A stretch of 64,000 bases of DNA from the human T2T-CHM13v2.0 reference genome, Homo sapiens (GCF_009914755.1 NC_060925.1); one strand, 5' to 3'. Counted from the stretch's first letter, positions 13,960 to 28,351 are shown. A program made the numbers and translations. Notes: generated by a model from the sequence alone, not told the origin.

Positions 13960-15415
13960 TTCTCTCCCCTTACGTATGAATTCCCCCCTTCTTCTGAATC
14001 ATTCCCCTTAGCACTCCAACACTATCATTTCTCCTACCTGCAAAGAAAAAAAAAGCCTCTCTTGACCCACTCAAGTGACCAACCCAGCTCTCTCCTGTCC
14101 TCTACAGCAAGCCCGCCAGTTCCTCTTCTCCCTTACTCTCTCGACTCCACTCAGCTATGAGTGTGCCCCACCACCCCACTCACCCTGATCTTGCCAGGGA
14201 CGCCACCGACTCTCACTTTGCTCGATCAGATTATCTTGATCCATCAGGAGCCCTTGACGTGCTGGATTGCGGGGGACCACACGCCCTGGTGGTCCTCCTC
14301 CTACCTGAGCTCCTTCTCAACATCCTGTCCTGGCCCCCTCTCATCTCCCTAACCTGTTAGCACTGAGGTGTCCCAGGACCCCATCCATGGTCCCCCTCCT
14401 GGCTGTCTATTCCCACTCTTTAGGCGTCTCGTCTGGTCTCTTGACTTTAAAAACTATCTTTACACTAATTCTCAGGTTTCTATCTTCAGCTCCTTTCCCC
14501 AGGATTCCAGAGTCACATATTCAATGGTCTACTTTAACATCTCTCCTTGAATGTATAATAGACATCTCACATTCACGTGCCCAAACCTGACCTCCTGAGC
14601 TTCTCTCTCAAACTGCCCCACCACAGCCTTCCCCATCTCCATCCTTCCAGTCACTCAAATCAAACATCCTGATTCCTTTCATTCGCTCCTTCCCCACATC
14701 CAGTCCATTAGCAAATCCTATAAAATTTACCTTTGGAATGTGTCTCAAATCTGGCCACTGTTCATCACCTCCCATACCATCAGCCTGGACCAAGCCACCC
14801 TTGTCTCTCACTTGGACACCGGCACTAACTTCCTAGCTGCCTCTCTGCTTCCACTTGTGTCCCCAAAATCTGTTCTCAACACAGCAGCCATGGAGCATGT
14901 GACTCCTCTGTTTACTGCCTTCTAAAAGCTCTCCATCTTCTCAGAGTCAAAGCCAAAATCCCTATACCTATTTGATGTACTATGATCTCTTGATCTTATT
15001 CCTTACAGACACCTCGTGCCTTCCTGGTGTTCTGTGAGCACCTCAAGCACCTCTCTGCCTCGGGGCCTTGCTGTCCATCTGCCTAGACCCCCAGAGAGCT
15101 GCCCTGCCCAGGACCTGGTAGTTCAGGTCTCCACTCAGAATGTGCCCCATCAGTAAGGGCTTCTCTTACCTCCCTGTTTAAAATAGCATCCCACCCCTAC
15201 GCTCCCATCCTTCAGCCCAATTTGGTTTTTCTCTGTAGCACTTAACATCTACAATCAATCTATATTTTTAGCCTGGTTTTTACCTTTTTAACCTTTATTT
15301 TACTTTTAAAAAATTTTCCATCTCCCCACACTTTGCAGTCCCCCCACTCCTTGCGGACGGGAACAAGATGATTTAATGAATAAGTGAATGATTTAATGAA
15401 TGAGTGAATGGATGA
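13960..15415 (+). mobile_element. L2 LINE remnant ending in a TGAA-type tail just before exon 9
   Basis: L2-like motifs (CCCCACATCCAGTCCATTAGCAAATCCT; CAAGCCACC) and AATGAATGAGTGAATG tail. Confidence 0.65.
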
Positions 15416-15465
15416 TGCCCTCACTCTTGCCCTCCTGTGCATCGTGTCTCTCCGCTTTGCTGCAG

Positions 15466-15626
15466 GATGGCATTTAAGGACTTCAAGGCCCACTTTGATA
15501 AAGTGGAGATCTGCAACCTCACTCCCGATGCCCTGGAGGAAGACGCGATCCACAAATGGGAGGTGACGGTCCATCAGGGAAGCTGGGTTCGCGGCTCCAC
15601 GGCTGGGGGCTGCCGCAATTTCCTGG
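15466..15626 (+). CDS. CAPN9: Calpain-9 exon 9: [21 protein letters not shown]...[16 protein letters not shown]
   Basis: ctgcag acceptor, TGG|gtaggt donor; 161 nt; EICNL and GSTAGGCRN motifs. Confidence 0.97.
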
Positions 15627-16565
15627 GTAGGTAGGCTGCCTGTCACTCTCTCTGCCACTCCCAAGTGTCCCTTCCAACTCAGGACACCAAAGGATAAGGG
15701 CCGGGTCCTCAGAGAAAGCCTGAAACATAGTAAGGTTTCAAAAGTGACTGGGGAAAAAAGGCTGCAAAGATTTAGTTGGATAAGAATTGTTTGGGGAAAC
15801 CTCCTTTGTTTTACCACTTAGGTTATTTTCCATTACAAGTAATGGAAAGCATGACTCATGCCAGTTTAGCAATAGAAAGGATTTGTTATCTCACATAATT
15901 GAAGAGCTCAGAGGAAAAGTAGGGTGGGCTTCAGGCACAGTTCTATCAGGGCCCTGGTTCCATTTGCTTGTAATTCACTGTTCTGCCCTCTTTTATGTGT
16001 TGACTTCTTTCTCTGTCTGGCTTTCTTTATAATCACAGGAGGGCTGGCAGCAGTATCCAGGGCTTCCTGAGCCCTCATTCACACGAACAGCAAGAGCTCC
16101 TGGGGGTATCAAAAAAAAGCCCTCAACTTCCCTCTAATTGGAAATTCCTTGAACTAATATTGTCCAGTGAATGCTATGCATTGATTGGCTTTGTCCAATC
16201 CTCGGTGGCAAAAAGGACTGGCACAGACCAATCAGAATTCATGCTGGAGCAGTGCTCGAGGTCAATCCTACTCAAACGGCCCACCATCAAGTAGATGCCA
16301 GGGGGACAACCAGAAGTCCACTGCACTCTCCTTTGAAATACTAAGTGGAAAAAAAACTGATAGAACAAGCTTTAGCAGACTAGACCCAGAAGAATGTCCT
16401 TAAGAAACTGCATAGGAAATGGTTGAAGAGAAGGTGGAAATGAAAGAGAGGATATTTTGCATTCCCGTTGGGGATTATCAAAAGTAGGGTAGGAGGACTT
16501 ATTGAACAGGGAGAGAAGGTATTACTTTCTCATGTTTGGTAGGACATATAATGAGGGCAGATAGG

Positions 16566-16569
16566 TGTA

Positions 16570-16608
<39 letters not shown>
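16566..16608. repeat. (GT)n microsatellite upstream of exon 10
   Basis: Direct reading. Confidence 0.9.
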
Positions 16609-16610
<2 letters not shown>

Positions 16611-16665
16611 TCTTTGTGGGTTGTTTTTTAAAAGGGGAAAATAATCTACCTCTCCCAAATGACAG

Positions 16666-16823
16666 ATACCTTTTGGACCAATCCACAAATAAAATTGTCT
16701 CTGACTGAGAAAGATGAGGGGCAGGAGGAGTGTAGTTTCCTTGTAGCCCTGATGCAGAAAGATAGAAGGAAACTCAAGAGATTTGGTGCCAATGTGCTGA
16801 CAATCGGCTATGCCATTTATGAG
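16666..16823 (+). CDS. CAPN9: Calpain-9 exon 10: (D)[12 protein letters not shown]...[27 protein letters not shown] (C2-like domain)
   Basis: gacag acceptor, GAG|gtaggt donor; 158 nt; TFWTNPQ motif. Confidence 0.96.
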
Positions 16824-16986
16824 GTAGGTGGGAACCACACTGCATTTCAGAGTTCTCCATCTGAGTTCTAAATTCGCGGCTCCTCCTCGGTCTCACACCC
16901 GAGACTCAACCAAGAGTCCATGAATTGTGTCCGAAAAGCCAAGAGGAACTTCCCTAGGAAACCCCTCCCTTTCTTGCCCATTGCAG

Positions 16987-17195
16987 TGCCCTGACAAAGA
17001 CGAACACCTGAACAAAGACTTCTTCAGATACCACGCTTCTCGGGCCAGAAGCAAGACGTTCATCAACCTGAGAGAAGTCTCCGACCGGTTCAAGCTGCCC
17101 CCTGGGGAGTACATCCTGATTCCCAGCACTTTTGAGCCCCACCAGGAAGCTGATTTCTGTCTGAGAATCTTTTCAGAGAAAAAAGCCATTACCCG
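16987..17195 (+). CDS. CAPN9: Calpain-9 exon 11: [13 protein letters not shown]...[27 protein letters not shown]...[11 protein letters not shown](R)
   Basis: ttgcag acceptor, CCG|gtgagt donor; 209 nt; REV..RF.LPPGEY..IPSTFEP motif. Confidence 0.97.
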
Positions 17196-17358
17196 GTGAG
17201 TCAGAGGAACAGCTTCCAGAATCCCACTTCTTTTAGTGGTTTATTCACACAGAAGTCACCTGGGAACTGCTGGAGCCAAGACTCCATTCTTCCCTTTCCC
17301 ATGTGTACCTGAGAAACAAGGCAGGATGGTTTCTTTCTTTTCTTTTATTTATTATTAA

Positions 17359-17738
<380 letters not shown>

Positions 17739-19194
17739 TGAAAAGTTGCTGTTTTCTACTGGTCCCAGAGTCATGCTCACAAGACATTCTTGGGTGGAGA
17801 CCTTCATTTTTCAGACCCTATTACCAAGAAGCTTCTTGGATAAGAGCCACATGCAGGGATGCTAGACATTTCTGGGCATGATGAAGGGGGTGGCTATTGC
17901 AAATTTCAAGAATGACATGTTCTTTCAGCTCCAATTTAAATAAATGTTGGCAAATCTGCCTCTCATTTTACATACCCAATATTCCACCACATTTTCCTCA
18001 CAGTGTCTTAGCGAAATTACTTTATATCAGTTACTTCTATGGAAAATGTTTCCCATTACTGCCCATTCACCATTGGTTGCTCTGTGGCACAGGGGGAAAA
18101 ATGGTTCAAGACAGAGGAATCCATTTCTTTTCCCGATGACAATATTCTAAAGATTAAGGAGAACGCTAAAATCTGCTAATTCTGTATTTAAGCTAGATAA
18201 GTCTCCAACAAAAGATCAATCTGCACAGAGTTAACAAGAGAGACAGCTGTGAATACATGACTCACTCTAGTTTCATCTTTCGTTTAGTGAGAGAGAATTA
18301 GATTGGTGGCATGCATTGAAAAGACTCTCAATTATGAAGTCTAGTGGGGTTTCCCAAGCTGATTACAAAAGGCATGGTTCTTTCTCTTGGCTAAATAGAT
18401 GCAGAAAAGTCTTTAATTTTTAAACACTCTACCAGAGAATTTTTCTCCAGCCTTCTCCCAGATACTAGTACAAGATGGGGATGAATATCCTAGTATCTGT
18501 TCACACAAAAGTACCCTGTATGAGATCCATGCAGATTGACATCTCTTATGGGTGGCAAGAACAAGAGAGACCCAAGTTATGCCAATGCCATGCCTCTTGT
18601 TCTCTATCTTATTAGTGGGGTGAGCTCAGAGTCACTGACATGCATAAGGTGACTTGTACATGGCAAAAAACTCCATACTCAATCTTGCTCTGAACAAGAT
18701 TCTTTAATCTGCTATGATATTGAGTATAAGAATCAGCTCTGTAGCTTGGTAACAAAAATTCACACTGAGCTGTGTTTGCATTGGTTTAGCTCTCAGACAG
18801 ACTCCTGATTAAACAAACAGAAGTTCTGAAAGGGTTATGTTATGGATGCCCAGGGGATGAGGAGGAAAGGGAGGACTACCCCCAATTGATGTTAATGTTT
18901 ATTTGTATTCCCTTTGACTTTGTATCAGTTTTTCTTTGAGAGCCCTTCAAGTTTTAGTCTATGAGACTGTATTCTTCCAAATGTTTTTAGCATCATCAAA
19001 AGCTGAAGCCTGCTCCTCCTCTTAATATTACTACTATCCAAATATTACAAGTCCCCCTAAATATGTGAATAGCAAAAAAACATGATTGCATCATTTTTCC
19101 TCTTTTTCCCTAACATAAGCACAGAGACACCCATCCCTCCCCAACCCCACCAGTGGAATCAGGAATTTACATCTGTGATGAGAGGCAGGAGTTA

Positions 19195-19512
<318 letters not shown>

Positions 19513-19814
19513 GGTGGTTTTTTTGGTTCTGATTCAACTTTGTAATCTTTTAAAATGCACCCCCTCCCCAGTGCCTACCACTCAATAGGCTGAATGGTCT
19601 CCAACAGATATGTATCTCCTTTGAAGATGCAAAGTTCATGGAGAGTGAATGTGTAATGCAACTGCACTGTTTATGCGTCTTTGGAGGTGCTGCTATTCTA
19701 CAAAACACTTTATCAGTTGCCCTTGTTAAAGTACATTAAAGAAATAAGGAGTGACTGCTGGCTTAACTTCTTTTAGTTTCATAAATCCAGAATTCACAAG
19801 TTCTTGGTGATGGC

Positions 19815-22250
19815 TGATTTAGTTTGAATATGTGTCCCCATCAAATCTGAAGTTGAATTGTAATCCCCAATGTTGGAGGTGGAGCCTGGTGGGAGATGTT
19901 TGGGTCATGGGTGTGGATCCCTCATGGCTTGGTGCTATCCTCGTGATACTGAGTGAATTCTTGTGAGATGTGGTTAATAGTATGTGGCACCTGCCCCACC
20001 CCTGCTCCTGCTTTTGCCATGTGACATGACTCTTCCCCCTTCTGCCATGATTGTAGTTTCCTAGGTCTCCCTAGAAGTCAAGGAGTTAAGTTAACTTCTA
20101 GGGAATACACCATGCTTCTTTGTAAAGCCAATTGAACCTCTTTTCTTTGTAAATTAGTCTTAGGTATTTCTTTATAGCAGTACAAGAACAGCCTAATACA
20201 GAAAATTGGTACAGAAGAGTGGGGCATTGTTATAAAGATAACTGAAAATGTGGAAGTGACTTTGGAAGTAGATAACAGGCAGAGGTTGGAAGAGTTTGAA
20301 GGCCTCAGAAGAAGACAGGAAGATGAGGAAAAGTTTATAACTTCTTAGAGGCTGGTTAAATAGTTATGGCCTAACTGTTGACAGTGATATGAACAGTGAA
20401 GTTCAGGCTGCCGAGGTCTCAGATGGAAAGGAGGAACTCATTGGGAACTGAAGCAAAGGTTATGTGTGTTATGCCCTAGCAAAGAACTTGGCTGAATTGT
20501 GTCCATGCCCTAGGGATCTGTGGAAGTTTGAACGTCATAGTGATGATTTAGGGTATCTGGAAGAAGAAATTTCTAAGCAGCAAAGCATTCAGGATGTGAC
20601 CTGGCTGCTTCTAACAACCTATACTCAGATATGGGAGCAAAGATATGACTTAAAGCTGGAATATATACATTTAAAAGGGAAGCAGGGCATAAAAATTTGG
20701 AAAATTTGCAGCCTGGCTATATAGCAGAGAAAGAAAAAGCTTTTTCGAGAGAGGAATTCAAGCAGGCTATGGAGCAACCACTTGCTAGAGATATTTACAT
20801 AACTAAAAAGAGCCAAGTGCTATAACCAAGACAATGGGGAAAAGGCCTCAAAGGCATTTTAGAGACCTTTGCAGCAGCACCTCCTCCCATCACAGGCCGA
20901 GAGGCCTAAGAGGAAAAAAATGGCTTCATGGGCCAGGCCTAGGGCCCCACTGCTCTATGCAGCCTCAGGACACTGTTACCTGCATCCCAGCTGCTCCAGC
21001 TCCAGTCTCTGCTCAAAGGCACCAGATACAGTTTGGGCTACTGCTTCAGAGGGTGCAAGAGTGCAAGCCATAAGCCTTGACAGCTTCCATATGGTGTTAA
21101 GCCTGCAGGCACACAGAGTGCAAGACTGAATGAGGCTTGGCAGCCTCCACCTAGATTTCAGAGGATGTATGGAAAAGCCTGCATGCCTAGGCAAAAGCTT
21201 GCTGCAGGGACAGAGCCCTCACAGAGAACTTCTACTAGGGCTATGCAGATGGGGAAATGTGAGGTTCAAGGTCTCGCACAGAGTCCCCACTGGGGTACTG
21301 CCTAGTGGAACTGTGGGAAGGCGGCCATCATCCTCCAGACCCAAGAATGGTGGATCCACTGGCAGCTTGCACCTTGAGCCTGGAAAAGCCACAGGTACTC
21401 AACAACCCATGACAGCAGCCAAAGTCACAGGGACAGAGCTTCCCAAGGCCTTGGGATCCCACCCTTTGTACCAGTGTTCCCTGGATGTAGGACATGGAGT
21501 CAAAGGAGATCACTTTGGAGCTTTAAGATTTAATGACTGCCCTGCTGGGTTTCAAACTTGCATGGGGCCTGTAGCCCCTTTCTTTTGGCCTTTTGGAATG
21601 GGAATGTTTACCCAATGCCTATACTCCCATTGTATTTTGGAAGTATAAAATGGAATTTGTATATCTTGGAACTTGATTTTGATTTGACAGGCTCATAGGT
21701 GATGGGACTTGCCTTATCTCAGATGAGACTTTGGACTTTGGAATTTTGAGTTAATGCTGGAATGACTTAAGACTTTGGGGGTTATTGGGAAGGCATAATT
21801 ATATTTTGCAGTGTGAGAAGGACATGAGATTTGAGGGCCCATAGCAGAATGATAGAGTTTGAATATGTGTCCCCACCAAATCTGATGTTGAATTGTAATC
21901 CCCAGTGTTAGGGGTGGGGCTTGATGGGAGGTGTTTGGGTCATGGGGGCGGATCTCTCATGGCTTGGTGCTGTCTTCACGATAGTGAGTTTGCACGAGAT
22001 CTGGTTGTTTAAGGGTATTTGGCAACTCCCCCATACCACCCTGCTCCTGCTTTTTCCATGTGACTTGCCTGCTCCCCCTTCACCTTCTGCAATAATTGTA
22101 AGTTTCCTGAGGCCTCCTTAGAAGCAGAACGGATGCCAGCACTGTGCTCCTGTAAAGCCTGTAGAACCATGAGCCAATCAAATCTCTTTTCTTTATAAAT
22201 TACCTAGTCTCTGTTATTTCTCTATAGCCATGCAAGAATGGTCTAACACA
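19815..22250 (+). mobile_element. Full-length MST-type MaLR element: 5' LTR 19815-20200, internal 20201-21849, 3' LTR 21850-22250
   Basis: Two related TG...CA LTRs, MaLR internal start GAAAATTGGTAC, 5-bp TSD ATGGC at 19810-19814 and 22251-22255. Confidence 0.93.
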
Positions 22251-22468
22251 ATGGCTGTCCCTCTTATTTACATTCTGAGCAAGGTCTGAGTGACTAAGGG
22301 TGGGGGTGTCAATGCATGGGGTCTGCAAACTCTGTGAAATGTAAACAGCACTGAACAATAAGGGATTCAAAGGGACAGAACCTTCCCAGGCTCTGGGCTC
22401 TTCAGCTCTGCAGATCCCAATGGGAAGTTAATCCACAATTGAGGCAGTGTGTTTTTCTGCCCCTACAG

Positions 22469-22505
22469 GGATATGGATGGAAATGTAGACATTGACCTTC
22501 CTGAG
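22469..22505 (+). CDS. CAPN9: Calpain-9 exon 12 (37 nt): DMDGNVDIDLPE
   Basis: ctacag acceptor, GAG|gtgagt donor; phase 2/0 fits neighbours; matches recalled CAPN9 protein. Confidence 0.92.
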
Positions 22506-22765
22506 GTGAGTCTTCTGATGTTGCTATGGAGTATGGGATTCAGGTGATGGTTCTGGAAACCTTCCTTCTAATCACAGCATCATGTAAAACTCTGCAGTTC
22601 AGGGATGGTTACATGCAATCAAGTAAGCATCTATGATTCTAACCTCCTGGAGACCAAGATGTGTGTGTTCTAGTCTGTGCTCTTCTAGTCCACAAGGACC
22701 TGGCATGGGAGTGAGGTGGGTGCTTGGTATAAAGTTCTGTTCCATGTCATCTTCCTCTGTGCTAC

Positions 22766-23197
22766 TGTCAACTGAAATAACAAACACAGAGACACTCTCT
22801 AAAAGAAAAGCTATTTATTTAGGGATAAAGCACTGCAATGGGAAGGTGCATGCCATAGTAAACTATGCACCTATTTGGGGAGGTAAAGGAGGACAAAGGT
22901 TTTTAAAGAAAAAATGAGAAGGATTACATAATTGTTTTGAAATAATTATCCTTGGCTACAAAGATCAATAACAAAAGTGAAGCCAGTCTGATGTTGGACA
23001 GGCAGTTGCTAGGCAGAGGTAGAAGTATTTTTGTGTATGGTTGCGAGGGCCTCTGTGAAAGGTTGTGGGTTTTGCAGCCTTTTGTGATATTTTTGTTATC
23101 AGGCAAATAAGCATGAGAACCTTCTGGCCTTCCCGAGCTCTATTTGTCAGGGTTTTCTTAACATTAGTGACTTCATTTTGACTCAATAACTTTCACA
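22766..23197 (-). mobile_element. ERV1-class solo LTR (MER65-like)
   Basis: TG...CA ends, 4-bp TSD CTAC; reverse complement starts TGTGAAAGTT...TCAAAATGAAGTCACTAATGTTAAGAAAACCCTGACAAATAGAGC. Confidence 0.8.
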
Positions 23198-24009
23198 CTA
23201 CCAACTCCACCTGAGAGAAGGCTGCCGCTTCTGAAGTGGGTAGACTTTTAATTGTATTTTAAGAAATCTAATCAATGAAAAGAAAACCAGAGAGGCAGGG
23301 AGATGTTTTTTACTGTGGACTCAGGGGAACACATTACATCTCCCCTATGTTATGTGGTGTGGAAGGGGTGACATGGGGGTGGCTTTACCCTCGTCCAAGG
23401 GCTGGAGGACTCGCAAGAGGCCCTGAGATACTATAGCTGGAAATAGTCTGACACGTCCAGGGACAGCAGAGATCTGCTTTTAGGAGGGAATTTGCTGTTC
23501 CATGCTGGGGCACAGCTTATTAATGGTGCTAAAAAACCAAAGAAACCAAAAATCACCCAAAACATTTACTGAGCTCTTTCTATATACCAAGCCCAGAGCT
23601 TAGTGGTAGAAACAGACTCTTGCCTTCAACGATTTTACCAGCTATCAAAACAGATGATGAAGTAAGTCATTCCAGTCCAGGGTGGTAAGAAGTAAGCCAG
23701 AGGAAGGGCAGGAAGCATGAAAATCCAATGGCCAGGACCTAACTTAGGCACGGGTCAAGGTCCTTTGGCCTCCTCGTCTGTAAGGCAGAAGGGCTCCACA
23801 GGTCCAGCTAATAAAGTCCTTCTAGTCTCACCTTCTAAAAGAGCCTTCATGAGAAAATGTTCCTCACGCTACAGGACGCAGCTTGTGCACACTGCCTCAG
23901 GAGGGTGACATGGGGCTGGGCACACAGGCTCCTGGCTTCTTTCCTGCTATTTTTGTCATGTTTCTTTTTTGTGGATCATTTTGTGCAAGTTTCTTTGGCT
24001 GTTTTTTAG

Positions 24010-24090
24010 CCTCCAAAGCCAACTCCACCTGACCAGGAGACAGAGGAGGAGCAGCGGTTTCGGGCTCTGTTTGAACAAGTCGCTGGTGAG
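24010..24090 (+). CDS. CAPN9: Calpain-9 exon 13: PPKPTPPDQETEEEQRFRALFEQVAGE (linker and start of PEF)
   Basis: tttttag acceptor, GAG|gtagga donor; 81 nt. Confidence 0.94.
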
Positions 24091-24339
24091 GTAGGACATG
24101 CCCCACTTCCATCTCCCCACCAGGCTGAGGGCCTGGACCTGCTTCCTAGCAAAGGGTTGCAGTCGTGGGGTTGGTCAGCAACGTCATCCTGAGGCATGAT
24201 GGAGCTTGTTGCAAAGTAAGACCAGCACTGATCATTCAAGGCCCAAAGACCACCCTGTTTACAACATTTACTTACACAGTCTGCGGCTGTGGATGGGGCC
24301 AGTGAGCCCAAAGAAGCTTGGAATAGGCCCAGACGCTTT

Positions 24340-24640
24340 GTTTTTTAGTTCTGTTTTGCTTTAGACAGAGTCTCACTCTTTTACCCTGGCTGGAGTGCAG
24401 TGGTATAAGCCTAGCTCACTGCAGCCTCAAACTCATGGGCTCAAGAGATCCTATCACCTCAGCTTCCTGAGTAGCCGGGACTATAGGCACATGCCATCAT
24501 GCTTAGCTAATTAAAAAAATAAATAATAAAGAGTCTTGCTATGTTGCCCAGGCTGGTCTCAAACTCCTAGGCTCAAGCAATCCTCTGGCCTCAGCCTCCC
24601 AAAGTGCTGGGATTACAGTCATGAGCTACCACGCCTGGCC
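24340..24640 (-). mobile_element. Alu (AluJ-like)
   Basis: Diverged antisense Alu. Confidence 0.9.
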
Positions 24641-25760
24641 CCAGGTGCTTTCTTTGGGAGGCTAGAGCAAGCCTTGAAGAGGTGACTCCTTTGAACTCTG
24701 CCTGAAAATCACTGCCATTAGAATACTCTGTTTGCTGTAGTAAAGGGGATCATGTTCAAGGAGGTCCCTATTCAATTGCAACTTCCTGTCCCCCACCCTA
24801 TCCTAGCTCTTTCCACTGCTCAGCTTCCTTTTTAGGGACACTGGATGGAGCCTCACACAGATCCAGGCTCTTCCTCCACCTGCTGGGGTCAGGGGAGGGA
24901 AGTCTTTCTAGAAACTGCCCCAGAGGTGCTCTCTTGGAGCCATAAATACAATGAGCTGATGAACTAATTCATGTCAAGGTGCTAATGACTCTATTAGCTT
25001 CATGTGTTTCCCCAAACTGGGGTTCCTGAATTATGAAAGGGGTCACCTGGAGGGGTGATATCTAAACCTAGGGGCTGTCTGATGGTAGTATATTAGGCAC
25101 TGCAATAAACAGGCAAGGCAGGGAGATTAGGGGACCACAGGATCGGATGGAGAAAATGGGGGCTCATGTGACTGCTTAAAGCACAGCAGGAAGGTGGCTG
25201 AGCGCAGCCCTGGGCGGGACAGAGCATGGTGAGGGGGGAAGGCAGTGGTGACCTCCCTGCTCCAGGTGCTATCTGGAGCATGCTGGGTCAGACCCAGCAA
25301 GACAGGCTCAGAGGAGTTAAAGAGGTTCATGCGGGTGCGCAGAAGTTGTCAGATGGAGATCCAGAGTTTGGAAGGGAAGCGGTGAATGTTGCAGGAGTTT
25401 CAGTCGACCTTTATTAACAACCAAAAAGTACCTCTAGAGTTCAGCCCTCCTTGACTCATGTCCTGCTTTTCTTCCAAGTAGTTGGATGACTTGGGCACAT
25501 GGCTCCATTTCTCTTTCCTCCTCTTTCAGTGGGGGCCTGGCTGGGGCAGTGCTTTCTTACCAACACCAAACATCCCAAACCCCCATTCCCCAGGCCCAGA
25601 GGCTTCAGGACGGACATGTGTTAGAAGCACTCCACAGCATAACACACGGCTAGCGCAAAACCCTGACTAAAATGAGGTCTATGTCAGTGCTACTCAAACA
25701 CACATGTGCATAAAGTCACCTGGGCATCCTGGGAAAAAAAACACAGATTCCTCATCAATA

Positions 25761-25988
25761 GGTCAAGAGCATCCTGGGCAACATAGGGAGAGCCCATCTC
25801 TGCAAAAATAATCAGCCCAGCATGGTGGTGCATGCCTATAGTCCCAGCTACTTGGGAGGCTGAGGTAGGAGGATTGCTTGAGCATGGGAAATTGAGGCTG
25901 CAGTCAGCTGTGGTCACACCACTAATACTCCAATCTGGATGACAGAGCAAGACCCTGTATCAAAAAAAAAAAAAAAAAAAAAAAAAAA
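25761..25988 (+). mobile_element. 5'-truncated Alu (AluJ-like) with long A tail, inside a MER5-like remnant
   Basis: Alu arm sequence and poly-A. Confidence 0.85.
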
Positions 25989-26619
25989 GCCTGAGTCTCA
26001 GGGCAAGGTCTGAGACTCTCCATTTCTAACCAGCTTCTGGGGTGGGGGCTGCTGAGATTTCCTGGAGTGCCTTAGATCCATGATTCTGAAATTCACCCTT
26101 ATTCTTAATTCTAAATCAACTCCTAGGTCTTAAAAATAGGACCATATTCTCAGGTCCTCTGATTTCAAGATTCCCTGGGGTAAGCCCCAGATGCGGGACT
26201 ATTTTAAAGCTCTGCAGGTGGTTCTACTGTACAGAGGAAGACTCAGTCTGGTTTTCCCAAACTGCCTCCAACATAGGAATCATCTGAGGAGCTTAGGACA
26301 ATTCCAGGAGTTGGTTCTGACCCTCAGGGAAGCTGGGAAACCACTGCCTTGCCCTGCCCAGCTTTTCATGCGCTTTCCTGGGTTGGGATGTCTCTCAAGT
26401 TAGGCTCTCTCCTAGTTGGGCTGGCATGTCCCTAAAACATGTGACATATGAGACACATAGCTGCAGCTACACAGGAGATAGGTACATCTGCCCACAGCAG
26501 GGTCCTGAAGGCTGGTCTGTCACTGGAGCCAAATGAAGCTCAGAACTGATTTAAAACAAAAATAAACTATAAAAGAAGGTGCCAAGGGCTATAACAAACA
26601 ATTGTCTCCACTTCAACAG

Positions 26620-26677
26620 GACATGGAGGTGACAGCAGAGGAACTTGAGTATGTTTTAAATGCTGTGCTGCAAAAGA
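26620..26677 (+). CDS. CAPN9: Calpain-9 exon 14: DMEVTAEELEYVLNAVLQK (EF-1)
   Basis: caacag acceptor, AGA|gtaagt donor; 58 nt. Confidence 0.95.
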
Positions 26678-26989
26678 GTAAGTGCCAACCCCATCGGGGT
26701 CCTGGGGCACCTATGGAGGGACAAGCGACCACACTGCCTGGGTCCCCTCCCTGCTCCTCCGAGCCGCAGATCTGCTTCCCAGGGCTGATTTGTAGGTAGA
26801 CTTTAAAAATAGCTTTCATTGTTTGTTTTCCTGATTCCAAAAACGATGCAGGTTTATAGTAGAAAATTCTTAAAAATGCAGAAAAGCCTAATGACAAAGA
26901 TAGTCACAAATGATCTCACCACCATAAATAACCACTCTTAACATATGTGTATCTGCATGTATGTACATGTGTGTCATATGCGTAGACAT

Positions 26990-27920
<931 letters not shown>

Positions 27921-28351
27921 ACAAATTTAAATCCTGCCATTAAATATGCTGCAAAAACATGATTCCTAAGGGTCGTATAATACTTCATTATATAGACATA
28001 GCCTAAGGTATTGACCATGCCTCTCTATTGGTCATTATTTCACTTCCAAATTTTTGCCACTATAAATAATATGATGACAAAAATCTTCATATGTAATTCT
28101 TTGCTCGGGGTTCTTAGAACTAGAATAAATGGATGAAGGCGTATTCCCACTTTTATTGCTTTTTTCACATTTAGCCAATTTTCCTTCTGAAAGGTCATGT
28201 TAACTTCTACTCCTACCAGCATCATAAGAGAGTAGCCACATCACAGCCCCCAACAGCCCTGGATTTAGCCACATTATTGGGCTTTCAGCAGATGGGTACA
28301 TAGGTTTATCTTATCGGGTCAACTGAATTCAGCTTTCATGTGCAATTTCAG

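Noticed and set aside
20464-21648. ORFs up to 172 aa in the MST internal region
   Set aside because: Fragments of the decayed MaLR internal ORF, broken by stops and frameshifts
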